This document shows, in pieces, positions 30,812-46,613 of a stretch of 64,000 nt of DNA; the stretch's first letter is position 1; each line of letters begins with the position of its first letter. The stretch comes from Eledone cirrhosa. Its lineage: Eukaryota. The stretch lies in assembly GCA_964016885.1 (NCBI GenBank), contig OZ024749.1:48174001-48238000 (forward strand), read 5' to 3'. The translations under genes and the position numbers were made by a program. The notes beneath the pieces are model-generated. The model was not told the DNA's origin. It searched no databases and worked only from the letters and a program-made list of their open reading frames with translations.

Positions 30812-31867
30812 ATATATATATATATATAATGTGAGACAGTAAGACCCTGATAGGCTCGTATACATAGGCATTACATTTATTTACAAAACCCAGATATTTC
30901 ATCTTCCACAAATTACGAAAGTAAAGGTTTGTTCTAAAATATATAGGTTTGTAGACATTCGTGGCTTTCAAAATATATATTATTCGGTAGACCACTCCTA
31001 ATGTGTAACGAGGATATTTATATAGAGATACATATATATTCTATAATTCAGTAATATATATTATTGTAAAGATATATTGGATGAATGGTTGAAGAGATAA
31101 ATTTAGTTATATACTACTATATAGGGAAATAAAACTCGCAATATTTACTCAATATTTACTCAAATCTAGAATGTCATAGCAACTATATTTAACGAGTCGA
31201 TATTAATGTTATGTAAATATTGTTTATTATATTCAGTATGTGTAATTACTCCCTTGTGTCAGAATATTCTTTAAGTTCCACTTAGTAATTTATTTCTACA
31301 TACTTATATGAATAAACTCAGTGGCATATATTTGTATTCACGGAGAACTTTTGCGAAATAAAACGTATCGAAGATGATGAATGATTCAATTTCCAAACGC
31401 TTCTATTATAGTGGTGTATTTGCCATAAATACACATATTTTTAAGAATGTTTTCTAAGCAGGCGTGAAATGCATTTAATGGATTTGACTTAGAGGTATTT
31501 TCCACGTTGTAAAAATTAGGCTGATAAGCTATATAGTTCAATGATTACATTTAGTTTAATCATAGTATTGAAATCTGATAGTGGTTGCAAACTGAGAATT
31601 TAAGTCACAAACCGCCAAATTAAATTAGAGATAATGAGAAAAATTTATATGAATATTTTCTGCTGTAAATTTTGTTTCGGGCTACACGTGCTTTCATGCT
31701 ACGCGCGTGCACACATACACATACGTACACACATGCATATACGTACATATGTGTGTATATGCGCGCACATACATATATAATTATATATATATGTGTGTGT
31801 GTGTGTGTGTATATATGTAGAGTGAGAGAGAGAAGGAGAGAGAGATAGAGAGATATATATATATTGA

Positions 31868-31958
<91 letters not shown>

Positions 31959-32639
31959 GGGGGGGGGAGCATTTGAAAATGTGTTAGCCCCAATGCAAGC
32001 AACTAGAAGTAAATTTTGATAATTGTGAATAATAGTAGTTTCCATGTAGTGAAAGTGTTTGGCCAATTTCTTTCCACCTTCGGAGTAATTTACGCGACAT
32101 ATTACTCGATTATTACTCTATACCTTTTAGTAAACAGGCAGCGATGTGTGGTTCAATTAACTCTCTCCCCAGGGTGTTACCCCTCTCATTCAACTATCAT
32201 TTCTCTGCATATATATATAATTTTCTTCATAATTTAACTTTCAAAATGCTTGCATAGTAATTGACATTGAAGTAGCTTAGATTATGTACGAGTTTAACAT
32301 TTGTTAATGGTTTCCAAACAACCAAAAAATATGCGCATATCTGATTGTTCACCTGTTGTATATGGCTGTATCCCAGCCAGTGAAATCGGGTAGAATTATT
32401 TTCAATCACTGATCGATGTAGCATGTTCCTCAGGTAGCAGGTTTCTCTTCGTAGTTTTTTTCTTCAATCATAGTGAATAACTAGGGCATAAGAAACTCAT
32501 TGATACTTTAATTTAGTGAGTCTTGATTCATCGAACGTTCCCACTCATTTACTGAACGACGTCCTATCAATCTTACATAGTTCATTTTACTGTCGTATAT
32601 GGTTATATGAATAGCCATCATTATATTTAATCTATAGTA

Positions 32640-32827
32640 GGCGGTGGATTGGCAGTATCGGTAGAGGGTCGGACGCCATGCTTTCCAGCATAGTTACGTC
32701 CCTTTACTATCTGAGTTCAAATCCCGCCGAGGTTGACTTTGCCTTTCATCCTTACGGGGTCGATAAAATAAAGTACCAGTAATGCACTGGATAATTGCTG
32801 GCCTTGTGCCTAAAGTAGAAACAATTA
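32640..32827 (+). mobile_element. Full-length, well preserved SINE with TSD of at least 17 bp
   Basis: ATTATATTTAATCTATA at 32620-32636 and 32824-32840. Confidence 0.97.
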
Positions 32828-33034
32828 TATTTAATCTATACTATGTTTTACAAGAAAATGACATGTATGTACGCTGTACAAGTACAGTCGTTCTCCAGAT
32901 TGTAGTTCCACCGTACCTTAAAAAATGAAATGTTCTACCTGATGTTTTATTGTTTCTCGTTAACATTTTCAATACAAAGGAATCACTTTTAATACTAATT
33001 ATATGACTCGTGTATTGGAGGATTTGTTATCACG

Positions 33035-33145
33035 TTGGGCAAAATGCCACGTATTATAACTTCCGGCGCTTTAACTTCTGAATTCAAATATCAACATGTT
33101 CTTTCGGAGTGAATACAATAAAGTACATATCAAATACTAAAATCT
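33035..33145 (+). mobile_element. Old degraded SINE relic (similar relics at about 19345-19410, 19440-19560 and 38930-39050)
   Basis: TTCTGAATTCAAAT...CTTTCGGAGTGAATACAATAAAGTAC resembles the B-box and central domain. Confidence 0.5.
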
Positions 33146-33889
33146 GCATACTCGTTTGCTCTTTTCACTCCAATTGTGAGAGTGCCTGTCTATCTAAGGA
33201 ACAAATATCAATCGGAAACATCTCATTGAAATGATTGATGTGGTATTCTTATATGACTTCCATGCATCTCATAATTGATAGTGCAAGTAATGTATATTCC
33301 CTTTCATCTTGCAGTACTATAAGCGACTGAGGAGATTCTGGTAACTAGTTTGTGTTACTAGTATTTATAATTTCCGTTCATTCGAATTACAATTTTAGGA
33401 GTGTGAAATTGGATGATATGGCATTAGATATAGTAAACGTGTTATAAATATAACACATTTCGTAACACACCCATAATATTTTACGCAAAGGGCCAAAGAT
33501 TACGTGTGTTACTTAATACCCGTCAATATTGTTATCGATACGGATAATTTTCAAGGAATATATATCCAAATTAAAACTGTACTTAAGGCACATACGTTAA
33601 GGGTGTGCAGGATATCAGGTGCACCTCTATTTTAGGCCTTCCTTCAAAGTCTATGTATTCATGATTTACTCAATATATTTTATTAGTATATTTCCCTTTT
33701 CAACTTCCCAGAAAAACTGTTTTTTAAAATAATGAGGCCAAGGGACTTGTTGTTATATATGACATCATGAATGGTGACATATATTTGTAGATTGGAAAAG
33801 TATACCACGCGAATCAGGAGAGATATGTAATTACGTCCCCGATCAAATGAGATCAACATAAGCATTAGAAACTAATATACATATATATA

Positions 33890-33966
33890 TACCCATCCTA
33901 CTACCCTAATATCGAGTACTCTGGCGCGTTATGGTCCACCTGGTTTCTTACTACACTTTCCTTGTT
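33890..33966 (+). mobile_element. Terminal fragment of the 42.0/52.1 kb fold-back family
   Basis: CTACCCTAATATCGAGTACTCTGGCGCGTTATGGTCCACCTGGTTTCTTAC is the reverse complement of about 52097-52149. Confidence 0.85.
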
Positions 33967-34037
33967 ATATATATACTTATACACACACGCTCGCGCGCGC
34001 ACATATACACACACACACACGCACACACACACACACA

Positions 34038-34079
<42 letters not shown>

Positions 34080-37000
34080 TATTTCAAGTTACATAAAAAC
34101 GTATTATAAGTTAATAAGCTCTGGAAATAAATTTAATTTCATATATTTTCAAAATTATTTCAAGAAATAATTCCACTTAAATAATTACATTTATTAGAAA
34201 ATTCACTTTGTCAAGTACTAATCAATAATATGTTGGTATTGTTGAATTTCAATATATTCTTTTATTAACTATCAAGTACTTTTAACAAAGACAAATTTCA
34301 ATGAAATGTCAACTCCTTTAAGATTTTGCAATTGGCTCCATTGTGGTATTGATTATTTTTCAATTAACTCAAAACCAATTTCGTCGTGTTGTTATTGACT
34401 CGTTTCCCCATGCTAACTAGAACAGTCTTCTGTTGTAAATATATTGAGTAAATTTACGTATACTATCTAAACTTTCAGTTGGAAGTCTGTAGCTTAAATA
34501 ATTTTTACTTATAATTTTGTTTTACGATATGGTTTCTAGTTCTTATTTCCTTCTTCAGAAGGCTAATAAATCTACATTTCAGATTAAACTGGAGATTTAC
34601 TTTATGATAATTGAAATTGTTGATTATATATCTTAGGCTTTCTATTATAAATAATGTTGTCGCTATTTATTTAGATCCTTAACTTATGTCGACATATGTC
34701 GGCGTATTGTTTCGTGTAAAGTTTGGAATTGCGTTTTAAATACGAGTTTGTTGTTCGCATCATTGTCTAATTCGGAGAGATTGCTCGATTGATCTCAATA
34801 CTTGCACAATTTACTGATGGTGAATTTACAGAATTTACATACATTTTCAAATAATTCCGATTCAAAGTGTTCAAGATACTTACACGAATTTTAACTGTTG
34901 ATTGTTGCAACTCTCAATTTTGCACATACTTTGCTTGACAAAATCGTTTACTTCATACAATATTGAAAACGTTCATTCGAATTGTATTCATCTACAGTAC
35001 AATGTCAAATATATAGAGATTTTCTAATTACTATCTACATAACCTTGGTTGGAAAATACTCAACATAAACTAAATAATATTTAAAAGGTAAGTGGATGAA
35101 GTGCGGTATTGATTTTTTTCAAGGAACAGAAGCAACGATTTATTCATTGTCTTTAGTCCGTTTATGTTAATTCTTCCACCATCTTTACCTAATATTTATT
35201 CGTTGAATATCTCTAGTTTTAAAATAAATAATTAATCAGTTGATGTTCAAAGAATAACTAAGATTGCGTGGCTGCATGATAATTTCTGTTAACTTTATTA
35301 TGTTTTTGGCAGCATGTGGTGTTCTTTGCAAGCCGATTGATCAACATCATATATGTATAAAATAGAATTTTAATTAATTCCTTTGTTCTAATGTCAATGG
35401 AATTCAGTATACATTACATAATGATATGAGATATGTGTGGGGTTTGGGTGTCTAGTTTACACATAGAAGTCTCTGAATATGTTAGCTTGATTGTTAGTAT
35501 TTATGGTTTTCTTGGTGTGATTATGCTTTTCTTAGAGGTGTGTGAATACTTTCGCGTTATCTTAGTATCTTTGTGTTTTGTAAGATATGGTTGGAAGTAT
35601 TTTTCATCTAGACCGACGTTGTACTTTAATTAACTAATAGCATCGAAATATAAGTCAAGCACCCTTCACAGGTCTTTTATGATGGCAGAAAATGTGTGTT
35701 CTATATAACAGGGAAAAAGTAAGATCCTTGTACTATAAGAATTAACATATAGTATAAATGCACACAAGGAATATGTTGACACCAGTGTTTTCCAGGAGAA
35801 ACCACTGTATGTTTTGGTTCATGAGCTGCCTGGGACAATACATTAATAGGGAGACACGCATGAAGAGGGAGTGCATTTGGCATGGTGGGCCTAGCAAAAA
35901 ATGTGGAAATGCTCAAGTAGAAAGGCAGGCAAACAACACACGCGTTGTATGGTTGTGTTAGTGATCGATTTCATGTCAATCAGCTAAGTTGTATTCCTTC
36001 GGACGAGGTTTACATTATATGCATATATGTGTGTGTGTGCAGTGGAATACCCGCTATAGTTTTGTGACCAGCATCATATTATATTCTTATATTATTTCGA
36101 TAGGATTACATGTTTTTAATGTGCGACTGAGTGGACCAAACGATGTGTATTTGGTTTATTTGTTAGTTAAAGATATTCGTGTAAGCCATAATTTACATCT
36201 ATTTGTTTGAATTCTGATTCACCATTATATTCTGGGAATTACGTAGGTATTTTTGTCACATCAAATGTAGATTAGAGTGGAAAATAATAGTGGTTTGGCT
36301 TTTCTCTCTACAGCATTAAATTGCCAGTTAATAATGTATTACATTAAACGTAAATTACATGGCATCACTCAAAATGTCTATTTTAACTAAAATTATTGTA
36401 TGTTATCTTCTTTCATGCCCTGCTAATCAGAGCAATCTGAGAAGAGACGGTTCTGACTTTAAATAATCTTATCAATACATCTGATCACCATTGGCATTCT
36501 CACTACCGTTATCGCACTAATCATCATCATCATCACCATCATCATCATTATTATTATCTTCATCACTATCATTACCATCGTTAACATCTTTGTCGATTTG
36601 TCTAGAATTAAAGGACTTTATATTAGTAGGTAATGTGAAGTTGAAATACAGAGATATTAATGCCTTACACTTTGTCTGCTATGATAAACAAGTGAAATTA
36701 CCTCAAATAGAAGTCGACAACTGTTTTCTCTACTCAAATAAGCTAATACGATATTGATTAGTTTATTTCTTCTTTGTTTTTGTATCTGATGTTCTCCTCC
36801 TTCTTAAGATGTTCAAATATGATCTTTGAAATGAATGTGTATTCTAGATATAGCATTTGATTTCTCTTATTTGAAATGGCACAACGATACATCCTATAAT
36901 TTTCTGTATACATTTATGTAAAATACTGCAATCTCACACAACCATTCACTTTCTTTCTTCTGGATACTAACGAGGCTAGAGATTTCATGAAATATTCTCT

Positions 37001-39472
37001 TTTCATCACGGGTTTCCCAAAAGTATATCAAGAATATAAAGTGGCATTGTCAATTATTTCCATTATACTTCTCAGAACCACGCGGGGACTTAGGAACATA
37101 TCAAACCTTTGGTTTTCATAGGCTTAAGAGAGTGTGAGGAAAGGATTTTTCATATATATGCCACTTAGCTTTCGTTGGTTGGTTCAATTGTAGGAAGAAT
37201 TTCACTTACGCAAAAAAGAAAGAAATATTCTATCAATCTGACAGCTGTCTCAGCTTAATGTTAGTGTTAGTTTCCTTGAATAATATTTTACATTGCCAGT
37301 TGCAGTATAAATATCGGCGAAAGTCTATTCTTTACAGCCTGTGAGTGAAACAGAGAGTAGATAGTATAATGTTAATTCCAGTACACTTAACATTTGATGT
37401 GTAAAAATCTTTCAATTGGAGAATGGCTTATTATCCACAAATTGCACGTACGAGAAGATTTATTTTGAAGAATGTTACATTCAAATTGGCTCTTAATTTC
37501 CCGGATCATTTTAGATGTATTTCACAGCAATTGTCTAAAAATAGCATGATTTATTTTCAAATTACGATTAAATGTGTTTTTCTAAGAGAAATATTATCTT
37601 TATGTGAGGTTTTATTTGCTGATACAATCGAACATGTTATCTCGTCAATACACCTAGCATTAAACCGGGCAAAGACTTTAGTTTTTCGTTTCCAAAAACC
37701 TATTGTATACATAACTATATTAATAGAAGTCTAAGAATATTTCGGATATATACATGATGCCTGATAAAAAACGTGAAACGGTTATCGTGTAAATATATAA
37801 ACATAGAATTATTTATAGTTCCAAAGGCATATCCAGGGTAAGATGATATCATAAGAATTATATACGATTTCATTTAAAGTTGTGATCCTATATATGCTGT
37901 GATCATATACGATGTGACTGAGTAACTTTGATGTGGTGATAATGGCGGTTCACACACATACACACGTCCATACATAAATATAGACATATATACATGCACA
38001 ATCACCTACATACATGTACACACATATATAAATATATACATATATATATATATATGCATTCTCATATACACATATGTATACACAAACACAAATATACACA
38101 CACACAAACACACACACATATATATGTGTGTGAATGCATAAAATATTATGATGTATTTAACAGGAAATGTATTTGTATTCACAAGGGTATTAGGATTGAA
38201 ATGTTAAGAAGTATATATTGGATGATTTTGTTTAGTTGATTCAGTATTTGTTTTCAACAATCCGTTTTACCATGACCAGATTACTCTAGCAATATTTATA
38301 TATTAGTACAAAGTATATCAATATAAAGAGTGTTTGGAAGTGAAGTTGCATTTGTTTGATACTAGCGTGTGGTGATACTTGAAAGGATAAAATAAGAAGA
38401 AGTTGTAATAATAACGAGAGAAAAGAAACTAACAGTATAAGAATTGAGATGATATAATCAATAGTTAATTTCCATGCTACTATTTACGTCTTTACAGTTT
38501 TTGTTCTCTTTTCTGCCGATCAATTTATTATCTGTCAGTTTTTGTGATCACCTGACAATATTATCCTTTACGCGGTAAGCGAGAAGCTAGATGAATTCGG
38601 GATGAGGATAATAGACTGAAAAGCCATCCAATTGCCCTACACCAATATCTCATCTCAAAGACACAACAAATGTACAAATTGGTAAAAGCTTAAAGACAAT
38701 TGGATTGGTTGAAGATAAATAGATTTTAAGAAATTATCCGAGGAGATAACAGAAATAAGATTCGGCAGTTTTTATTCATTACTGATAGAATATTGCAATC
38801 AAAATGTAAATGTGATATATTCAAGTAACACATAGTTGTGACTAGGTGTGTGAACTAAACGGGGTCGCGGTACTATTGTGAAAGAAAATGAAACTATCAG
38901 CATTGAACATCAATAATAGAACTTTGAATGGTGAAGCTATGGCAGAAGTGGCAGAAATAGAAAAGCAGTAGACAGAAAGCCTCGGTGTATAATAGCTTTC
39001 CCTTGTGTGTTAAGAATTCCAATCATGCTATAATCGACTTTCCGGGCCAACTAAATAAATGCCTAAAACACACTGAATATCTTATAGAATGTTGTACTAA
39101 ACTTCTGACCCTGTTCAAATAGACGGAGAGTACAGTGTGTTCCCTAACATAAAGTTTGTACTCATATGTAATTATTTGTAGAATTTAGTAAATAAAAACT
39201 GATACTAAGCGTTCAAATCCAACAACTTCGATGTGTTGTGAAAATATATAAATAATAGATATACATTTGTATAACCAATTTGATTGTAAATAATAGTAAA
39301 TAATAGTATATTTGGATTAATATTACGTTGAGGGAAATGATTGAAATAATCCATATATTTAAAGAAAAACATATCTATCTATCATGTGAAGTTTTCAACA
39401 TTTCTTATCTGATGAGAATAAATATGATTGATCAAATAACCATACATATGAATACGTGTGTGTTTGTTTATT

Positions 39473-39522
<50 letters not shown>

Positions 39523-40737
39523 AGTGTGTGTGTGTGTGTGCGGATAAAATACGTAAAAGATTTAACTCAAATATATAATTCTATATTCGTGTATATATAT
39601 ACATGTGCGAAAAGGGAGACAATATATATCTATTTTCTATGTTTTCACATAGTTAGTGAAACACTGATTAGTTTACATATAGAAAAACATTGTATACATA
39701 TGTATTTATGTGTGTGTATGTGTGTGTGTGTGTGTCTGTGTGTAATTGAAGCATGCATCTAACATTTCTATCGAGCAGTTAGCAATAAATAAATAATCCA
39801 ATACATGCATTTGTGTGTACATGGTAAACATGGGTTTGTGAATTTGTTGTTCTATTTAAAGTGAACTATTTTTTGAGAATCATTCTTATATATTCATACA
39901 GAGCGTAAATTATTCACGCGCATACACCCAGTATATATATACATGTATATGCATATATAAATATATATATACATCTATACACACATATACACATGTATAT
40001 ATATAAAGTGAATATGTGTAACATCTGCTTGACTACAATACGTGATATAATAGATTAGTTCTCACCTTGTGCCCAATATACTGGAATAGAAGAAAACCAA
40101 AAAATAACTATTTATGAAACTTTTCTTAATGATTTCATAAACAAAAATATGTGACTGCATTTGTAATAGATTATTTGCAGCTTATGATTATAACCCCAAT
40201 AGGAACGAGGTTATGAATGTACGAAAACATTATAATATATCATAATTTACATGTTTTATCATATTATATATACATAATTACAATTAGTGTTTTTAACTAT
40301 CTACCTACCTGCCTATATATCTACAATGAAAATTGCAGTAATGAGTTGATTATTACATGGAGAGAGTATATATAAAAGGAATATTTCAGAAACCTAAAGA
40401 AGGATTCCTATTTTGTCATTGTTTAGATACAGATCTACAACACATGCCTTGTGCCCAATATACGTGAAAAAATCTTTATTTACTCCATCAAGGTCTGCAC
40501 TGTTATCCCATGTATATACACCCACGTATAGTGTATAAACATGGAATAACAGTGATGTATAGTCCAATATGTACGCTTTTTTAAAATTCTGGATATGGAA
40601 AGTTTAGACTGCGAAGCCATCATATGTATATGTATAAGGATATTTCCAAGTATAACAGTAGAAAATAGTCGTCTTTTTACTGAAGTAAAGGACATGTATT
40701 CAATTGTTCTCTCTCTCCTTCTGTCTGTCTGCCTCTC

Positions 40738-40823
<86 letters not shown>

Positions 40824-41776
40824 CGTCAATTAAGTGTTTACCAAAGAGTTAATAGGTAAGTATTTACCAACGTAAAAAACAAAATAACAGGCGATCATAT
40901 AGTTAAATGCACGAGATAAAAAAAATGAATATGTGCATATTGTAAGTACGAACACATTTGAATAGCTATATTCTGGTTTATGAGACTATAAGCCGTTGGG
41001 ACATGTAGTGGCTAAACAAACATGTAGACAATGCGAGCTGGTAGAATGAGACATTAGAACTGGCGAAATGGTGTGGCGTATTCCACGCTAAGTATATCTA
41101 ATTATATATATATATATATATATACTAGATTTTTCATTACGTCACTTTTATATACATATTCATACTCCCCAGTTAAAACAGGCGATCATTTGCTCACTTA
41201 CACAAGAATTCCTACGGAGCTGACCTCGTTTAAAAATCTAAGATTTACGAAATACTACGAAAGATATCCAGGATATTTTGAAGTGCTATTTAAGCATTCA
41301 CACACTGTCATATTCATATATGTTTTGTTTCTCTCATCTTTCATATTTTATGTGTATATCCACTTATTTATGAAACCATCATTCTTTTAAATCAATTAGA
41401 AATAACAAAACCTGATTCCTCATTCCCCTTAAATAAATAACTAGCACGCGCCCACTCAAACAATCATATAAACTCACTACTTACCTTACTTCCATATTTA
41501 TACGGAAGTACACACAACAAAAATAAAACAAAACGTTGTCCTACTTTAGAAAGCAACAGTTACGCCGAGATAAACAATTCCCATTTATTTTCAATTGTTC
41601 TGAATTATTTTTAATTATTCACGTTCAATTGTATTTAATCAATTTCTACAATATTTTATTCATATGTCCACTTAACCATGAATCTACATATGTGCTGTAT
41701 CAATTAGAGGAAACCACTTAAATACCTCCCTCTTACAATTCAACATATTTTAACGCACGTAACCGTAGCCTGTTCA

Positions 41777-41816
<40 letters not shown>

Positions 41817-41878
41817 TACAGATTTCTATTTGCCATTCTTTCGCATCATTCTCTCTCCACGGATTCACACACGCACAC

Positions 41879-42150
<272 letters not shown>

Positions 42151-42163
42151 ATATATATATATA

Positions 42164-42414
42164 TATATAAAGAATGAATAATAACAGGTAGACATCATAA
42201 AAAGGTAATTTATTCCGTAAGCACACGGAATAAATTACCTTTTTATGATATCTACCTGTTATTATTCATTCTTTATATACACTCCGGAATACAGAAGGAT
42301 CAGGAACTAAGTTTGTTCAACAATTCTTCCATAACTCGTATAGTAACCTCTCACCGTACGCAACCATATCCAGTGTAGTAATTAACCATTACTACATCTT
42401 GGGTAATCCTATAC

Positions 42415-42420
<6 letters not shown>
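42164..42420 (+). mobile_element. Asymmetric fold-back element (about 54-bp arms 42164-42218/42225-42278, 6-nt loop, right arm continues to (TA)n)
   Basis: AAAGAATGAATAATAACAGGTAGACATCATAAAAAGGTAATTTATTCCGT versus its reverse complement, with one mismatch. Confidence 0.8.
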
Positions 42421-42475
<55 letters not shown>

Positions 42476-42477
<2 letters not shown>

Positions 42478-43012
42478 CTTTAGGTTTGTTGGTTCACCAC
42501 TGGATAGAATAGGTCATTCCGTATGGTCAATCTTGGTGTAATATTGTGGAGAGTACTCAACGTAGTGCAGTTCACCCGTCTTCGTCTGTGTAGTTGGTGG
42601 TGCGAATACGAAGTATATTATAAATAAAATAACAGAAAGCTGGACTGGTGTAAATCCTTGAAAGGTTTATTATACTATGATCATTTCAATGATCGGGTTC
42701 AATATGAATCTGGTGATATCATCAGGTATTGGAATATAAGAAAGCAATATGTAAAAAACCATGGGTTCGAAAAATCAGAGACAGAGACAAAGAGGACGAC
42801 TTACCAACTAGCTGCCTTCACCTCGACCAGTCGCCCTGAAAGGGCGACTGTCTCAGTCTCTGATTTTTCGAACCCATGGTTTTTTTTTATATTCCTTTGT
42901 AATATTCCAATACCTGATTATATCACCGGATTCATATGGAACCCGGTCATTGAAATGATCATAGTATAATAAACCTTTCAAGGATTTACACCAGTCCAGC
43001 CTCCTGTTATTA
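42476..43012 (-). mobile_element. Asymmetric fold-back element (arms about 42628-42837/42841-43012) with a hammerhead in each arm
   Basis: Arms are reverse complements; the long arm runs to (TA)n at 42475. Confidence 0.85.
42672..42729 (-). ncRNA. Minimal type-I hammerhead (partner at 42910-42967 plus has CTGATTA)
   Basis: ATAC-CTGATGA-stem II-T-GAAA-T-GATC-A-TA-GTAT: 4-bp stem I, palindromic loop 3 GATC, AUA triplet. Confidence 0.75.
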
Positions 43013-43326
43013 TCGTGAACAGGCTGATTGAATATGTAGATAAGTGCTTTATATGTTGTTCAGCATCCGAATCTTACTAAGGATAGAGCTTGCGTATGGA
43101 ATTTAGTGTAACAGACAAGTGAGTACTTCGGTGGTTCTTCGATGTTTAATATCGTTCAGTGCGTGGTCGATATGGACATGAATATGGCAAATCGTAATAT
43201 AGCTGTGAACATACACTGCTGCAAAATGCATGGAGAAACTTAGCATGCCAAATGTCTCTGTTTTGGAGAAGATACAAAGAGAACTGAAACGAATATCGCA
43301 ACGTAATCATACATAAATATTTATCA

Positions 43327-43366
<40 letters not shown>

Positions 43367-43400
43367 ACAAATATATATATATATATAAAAAAAAATATAT

Positions 43401-43438
<38 letters not shown>

Positions 43439-43446
43439 TTAAAAAA

Positions 43447-43486
<40 letters not shown>

Positions 43487-43511
43487 GTGTGTGTGTGTGT
43501 GTGTGCGTGTA

Positions 43512-43553
<42 letters not shown>

Positions 43554-46443
43554 TGTGTGTAAAAACTATCGTCTCGGGTGCTACTTACATATTTCTCTAT
43601 ATCAGAAGATTAATCGAAGCGTTAGGGAATCAAACTATATTATATTATGTTAAATGTGTTTGTTATGTGGAAAGGCACCTCTCCTGTCGGCAAACATATT
43701 TATTCAACTTTTTAAATGTTTATAATCGCTAACTCACGACGAAAACCTACCAATCGTTTGTAGGATTTGATTGTTTACTCTGTTATATTAGATTATATTT
43801 TATTAAATTATATATCGTTATAAAATACTATACGTTCCATTATATAATCTCGTTTCTCTCTAGCATCTACTGAAATTATTCCTCAATATCTAATCTATAA
43901 AATAAGCAAAATGTTCTCTTAACCAACCAAGCATTTAACAACACATCATCACTAATCTTGAAGTTATCTTTTCGAATTAAAAAAAAATAATAGTTACACA
44001 ATATGATGATATGAAAAATGATTGGATATCTTCATCCTCTGTTCGGGTTGCTGACGTTTACATCGTGAGTCATATATATATTATGGACATTACCATAGAG
44101 AACTAATTAAATTTGGGCTTACATTTATATTATAATCTATTCAATTAAGCTTAAACTGAAAAGAGCTTATTTACCAAATATTAATATTATCTAGATTCCC
44201 TTGTGATAGCATGTTATATATAAATATGCATATACTTAATAAATCCTGCCATATGTGTATACTACCTTCTTTTTTTCATTTTAGAAATAGCTTCAATATT
44301 TTACCATCCTCTAAAGTTTTCTATGCATATATCTAATTTCTGCATTTACTAAAACAATGCGCACAACAAGACTGTGTGAAAAAGGCACAACTATTTTTCA
44401 CATAACATTTGTGAGTTCAACATGAAATCTGTAACTTGGTTCTGTTTTATTTCTATAGATTTTACTTCATATTGCATTTTGTATGAATGAAGAAACTATC
44501 TAGATATTGATACATAAAAGATAAGGTGGCATAATCAGAGAAAAGCTCTACTACTGACATGGTAATTTATCATAATTTAAAAAAATAAAATTCATGTGAT
44601 TCGATAGAATTTTGCAAACGAAGCAAAATACTAAACGTATCGTCCAATTATAATGATTTAATTTCTCTTGAATTATATTAATAACAGTTTTCTTGTGAAA
44701 TATTTATTTCGCGTTTAATTATTTATATCATGATATATAAAATTCTTGTGAATCGTACCCGTAACTGGCAAATCGAATACTATGATCATGATCGGAAACA
44801 CTTCGATGTAAACACAGTGTTTCAGATTAAATCGTTGTTTTCATTTACACTTGTATAGCATCGTAATTTTTGTGAGTTTTTTTGTGTTGGTATTTGTATC
44901 TCTATTTCTTTCTTATTTCCTCAATGCTACTTGTATATGTAAAAAAATTAAATAGAAACATTGATCACTAAATTCATAGATGGTGTGATATAAATACATT
45001 TTTCTATCGATTTTTCTCTAAAAGAGAATTCCAAACAGATTAAAATAGGATAAGATTGGATAACTGGGAATAAATAATAAAAACTAAGAAAAAATCAAAG
45101 TGAGATGCAAGGGTGAGAAGAAAATGGAATTTTGCAGAGATATAACCAATAAATAATACATGATTGATAACTGCTTAGAAGCAAAATAGCATAGCTGATC
45201 ACACAATGTGATAACATGTTCACACAAAAAACAAATAATCAAACAAGCAAATGAATAATAAAATAAATATAGAAAAAATGGTGAACGGTCAACTTATCAA
45301 TTTGCTTTCTTCTTATTGGAGTAAAAATTATTATTATTTTTTTTTATTTAGCAGCTCTGATAGAGAATGTAAACAAAATGTGAAAAATGTATTCTTTTAA
45401 ACATATAAACATACAGGTTTATATTGAATGATTTCATATCATTCGTTTCATCATTATAATTTAACATACAAAATAACATATAAGAAGAAAATTGATTCTA
45501 ATTTAATACGTTAAAGGAAAACATAAAAATAGAAATGTTAAAGAGATGAACAGATTTGATGTTGAGCCATATATTATTGATATGTAGGTTTTTTTAATTT
45601 TTACGTGTATATATTTTTTCTCTAGCGTGCTGCATAAAATCTAATATCAAAAGTAAATAAATTACCAATTCCTAATTAATTAATGAATGAATTAATTAAT
45701 CGATGGAATAATCAAAGGCTATTTCGTTATTGCAAATATAATGTCGCGAATTAATTAGAATGACTCCTCTCAACATCAAACGTCATAAATGGCTTAAAAG
45801 TGTTCCATAAGAAGACGTAAAGAAGATCTTGATCTTTTGGAAGTCACAACGTGACGGGGAAGGGAACGAATAAATGTATAATGTATTCCCGTATAGGAGA
45901 ACGAAGACATGTGCCGAATTCTTATAAAATACGTATTTATACCGTGTGACAGATATGTTGGTAATCCAAATGTTAGCTAGACTTTCGTGGATTTCGGATT
46001 GTTTCCGTTTACGCAATTTCCCACACTAAAACAAGCTAATGTAGGATACTGTATCAGTCAAAGTGGGCTGTAACAGTTAATTTCGCAGATATAGCGAACA
46101 GTATGGTAAAATTGATAGTATCAAAATATAAAAATGTATATTTGCTTGTAGCAGGATATACCTGATAGCATAGCTAAACTCTTTATCACAATGCATACAT
46201 AGTTTACATAATAGAAAACGAGATTTATTTTAGCAGACATCTTGGAAGAATCATGACGAATTTTAACCACATAAATATTGTCACACAATTATATTGACAG
46301 AAAATACTTGTCCGATCAATGCTTGTTTACTTACATATAAAATGTCTTCTGGTTCAATGAAATTGTTAATAATAGCTATAAACGTTTAATTAAAAATAAT
46401 GTCATGATATTTACACACATTATGTATTTATTATTCGGTGGAG

Positions 46444-46613
46444 GGCGGTGGATTGGCAGAATTGGTAGATGGTTGGACATGCTTTCCAGCATAGTTATAT
46501 CCCTTTACGACCTGAGTCCAAATCCCGCCTTTCATCCTTACGAGGTCGATAATATAAAGTACCAGTAATGTACTGGATAATTGGTTGCCTTGTGCCGAAG
46601 GTAGAAACAATTA
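46444..46613 (+). mobile_element. SINE with internal deletions and an 18-bp TSD
   Basis: ATTAT(G/A)TATTTATTATTC at 46419-46436 and 46610-46627. Confidence 0.93.

Noticed and set aside
32640-32730. tRNA gene-like A and B boxes
   Set aside because: No complete cloverleaf; it is the head of a multi-copy SINE with TSDs.
42658-42969. 103-aa ORF spanning the fold-back
   Set aside because: Lies across a palindrome, has no recognisable domain and overlaps ribozyme motifs; most likely incidental.
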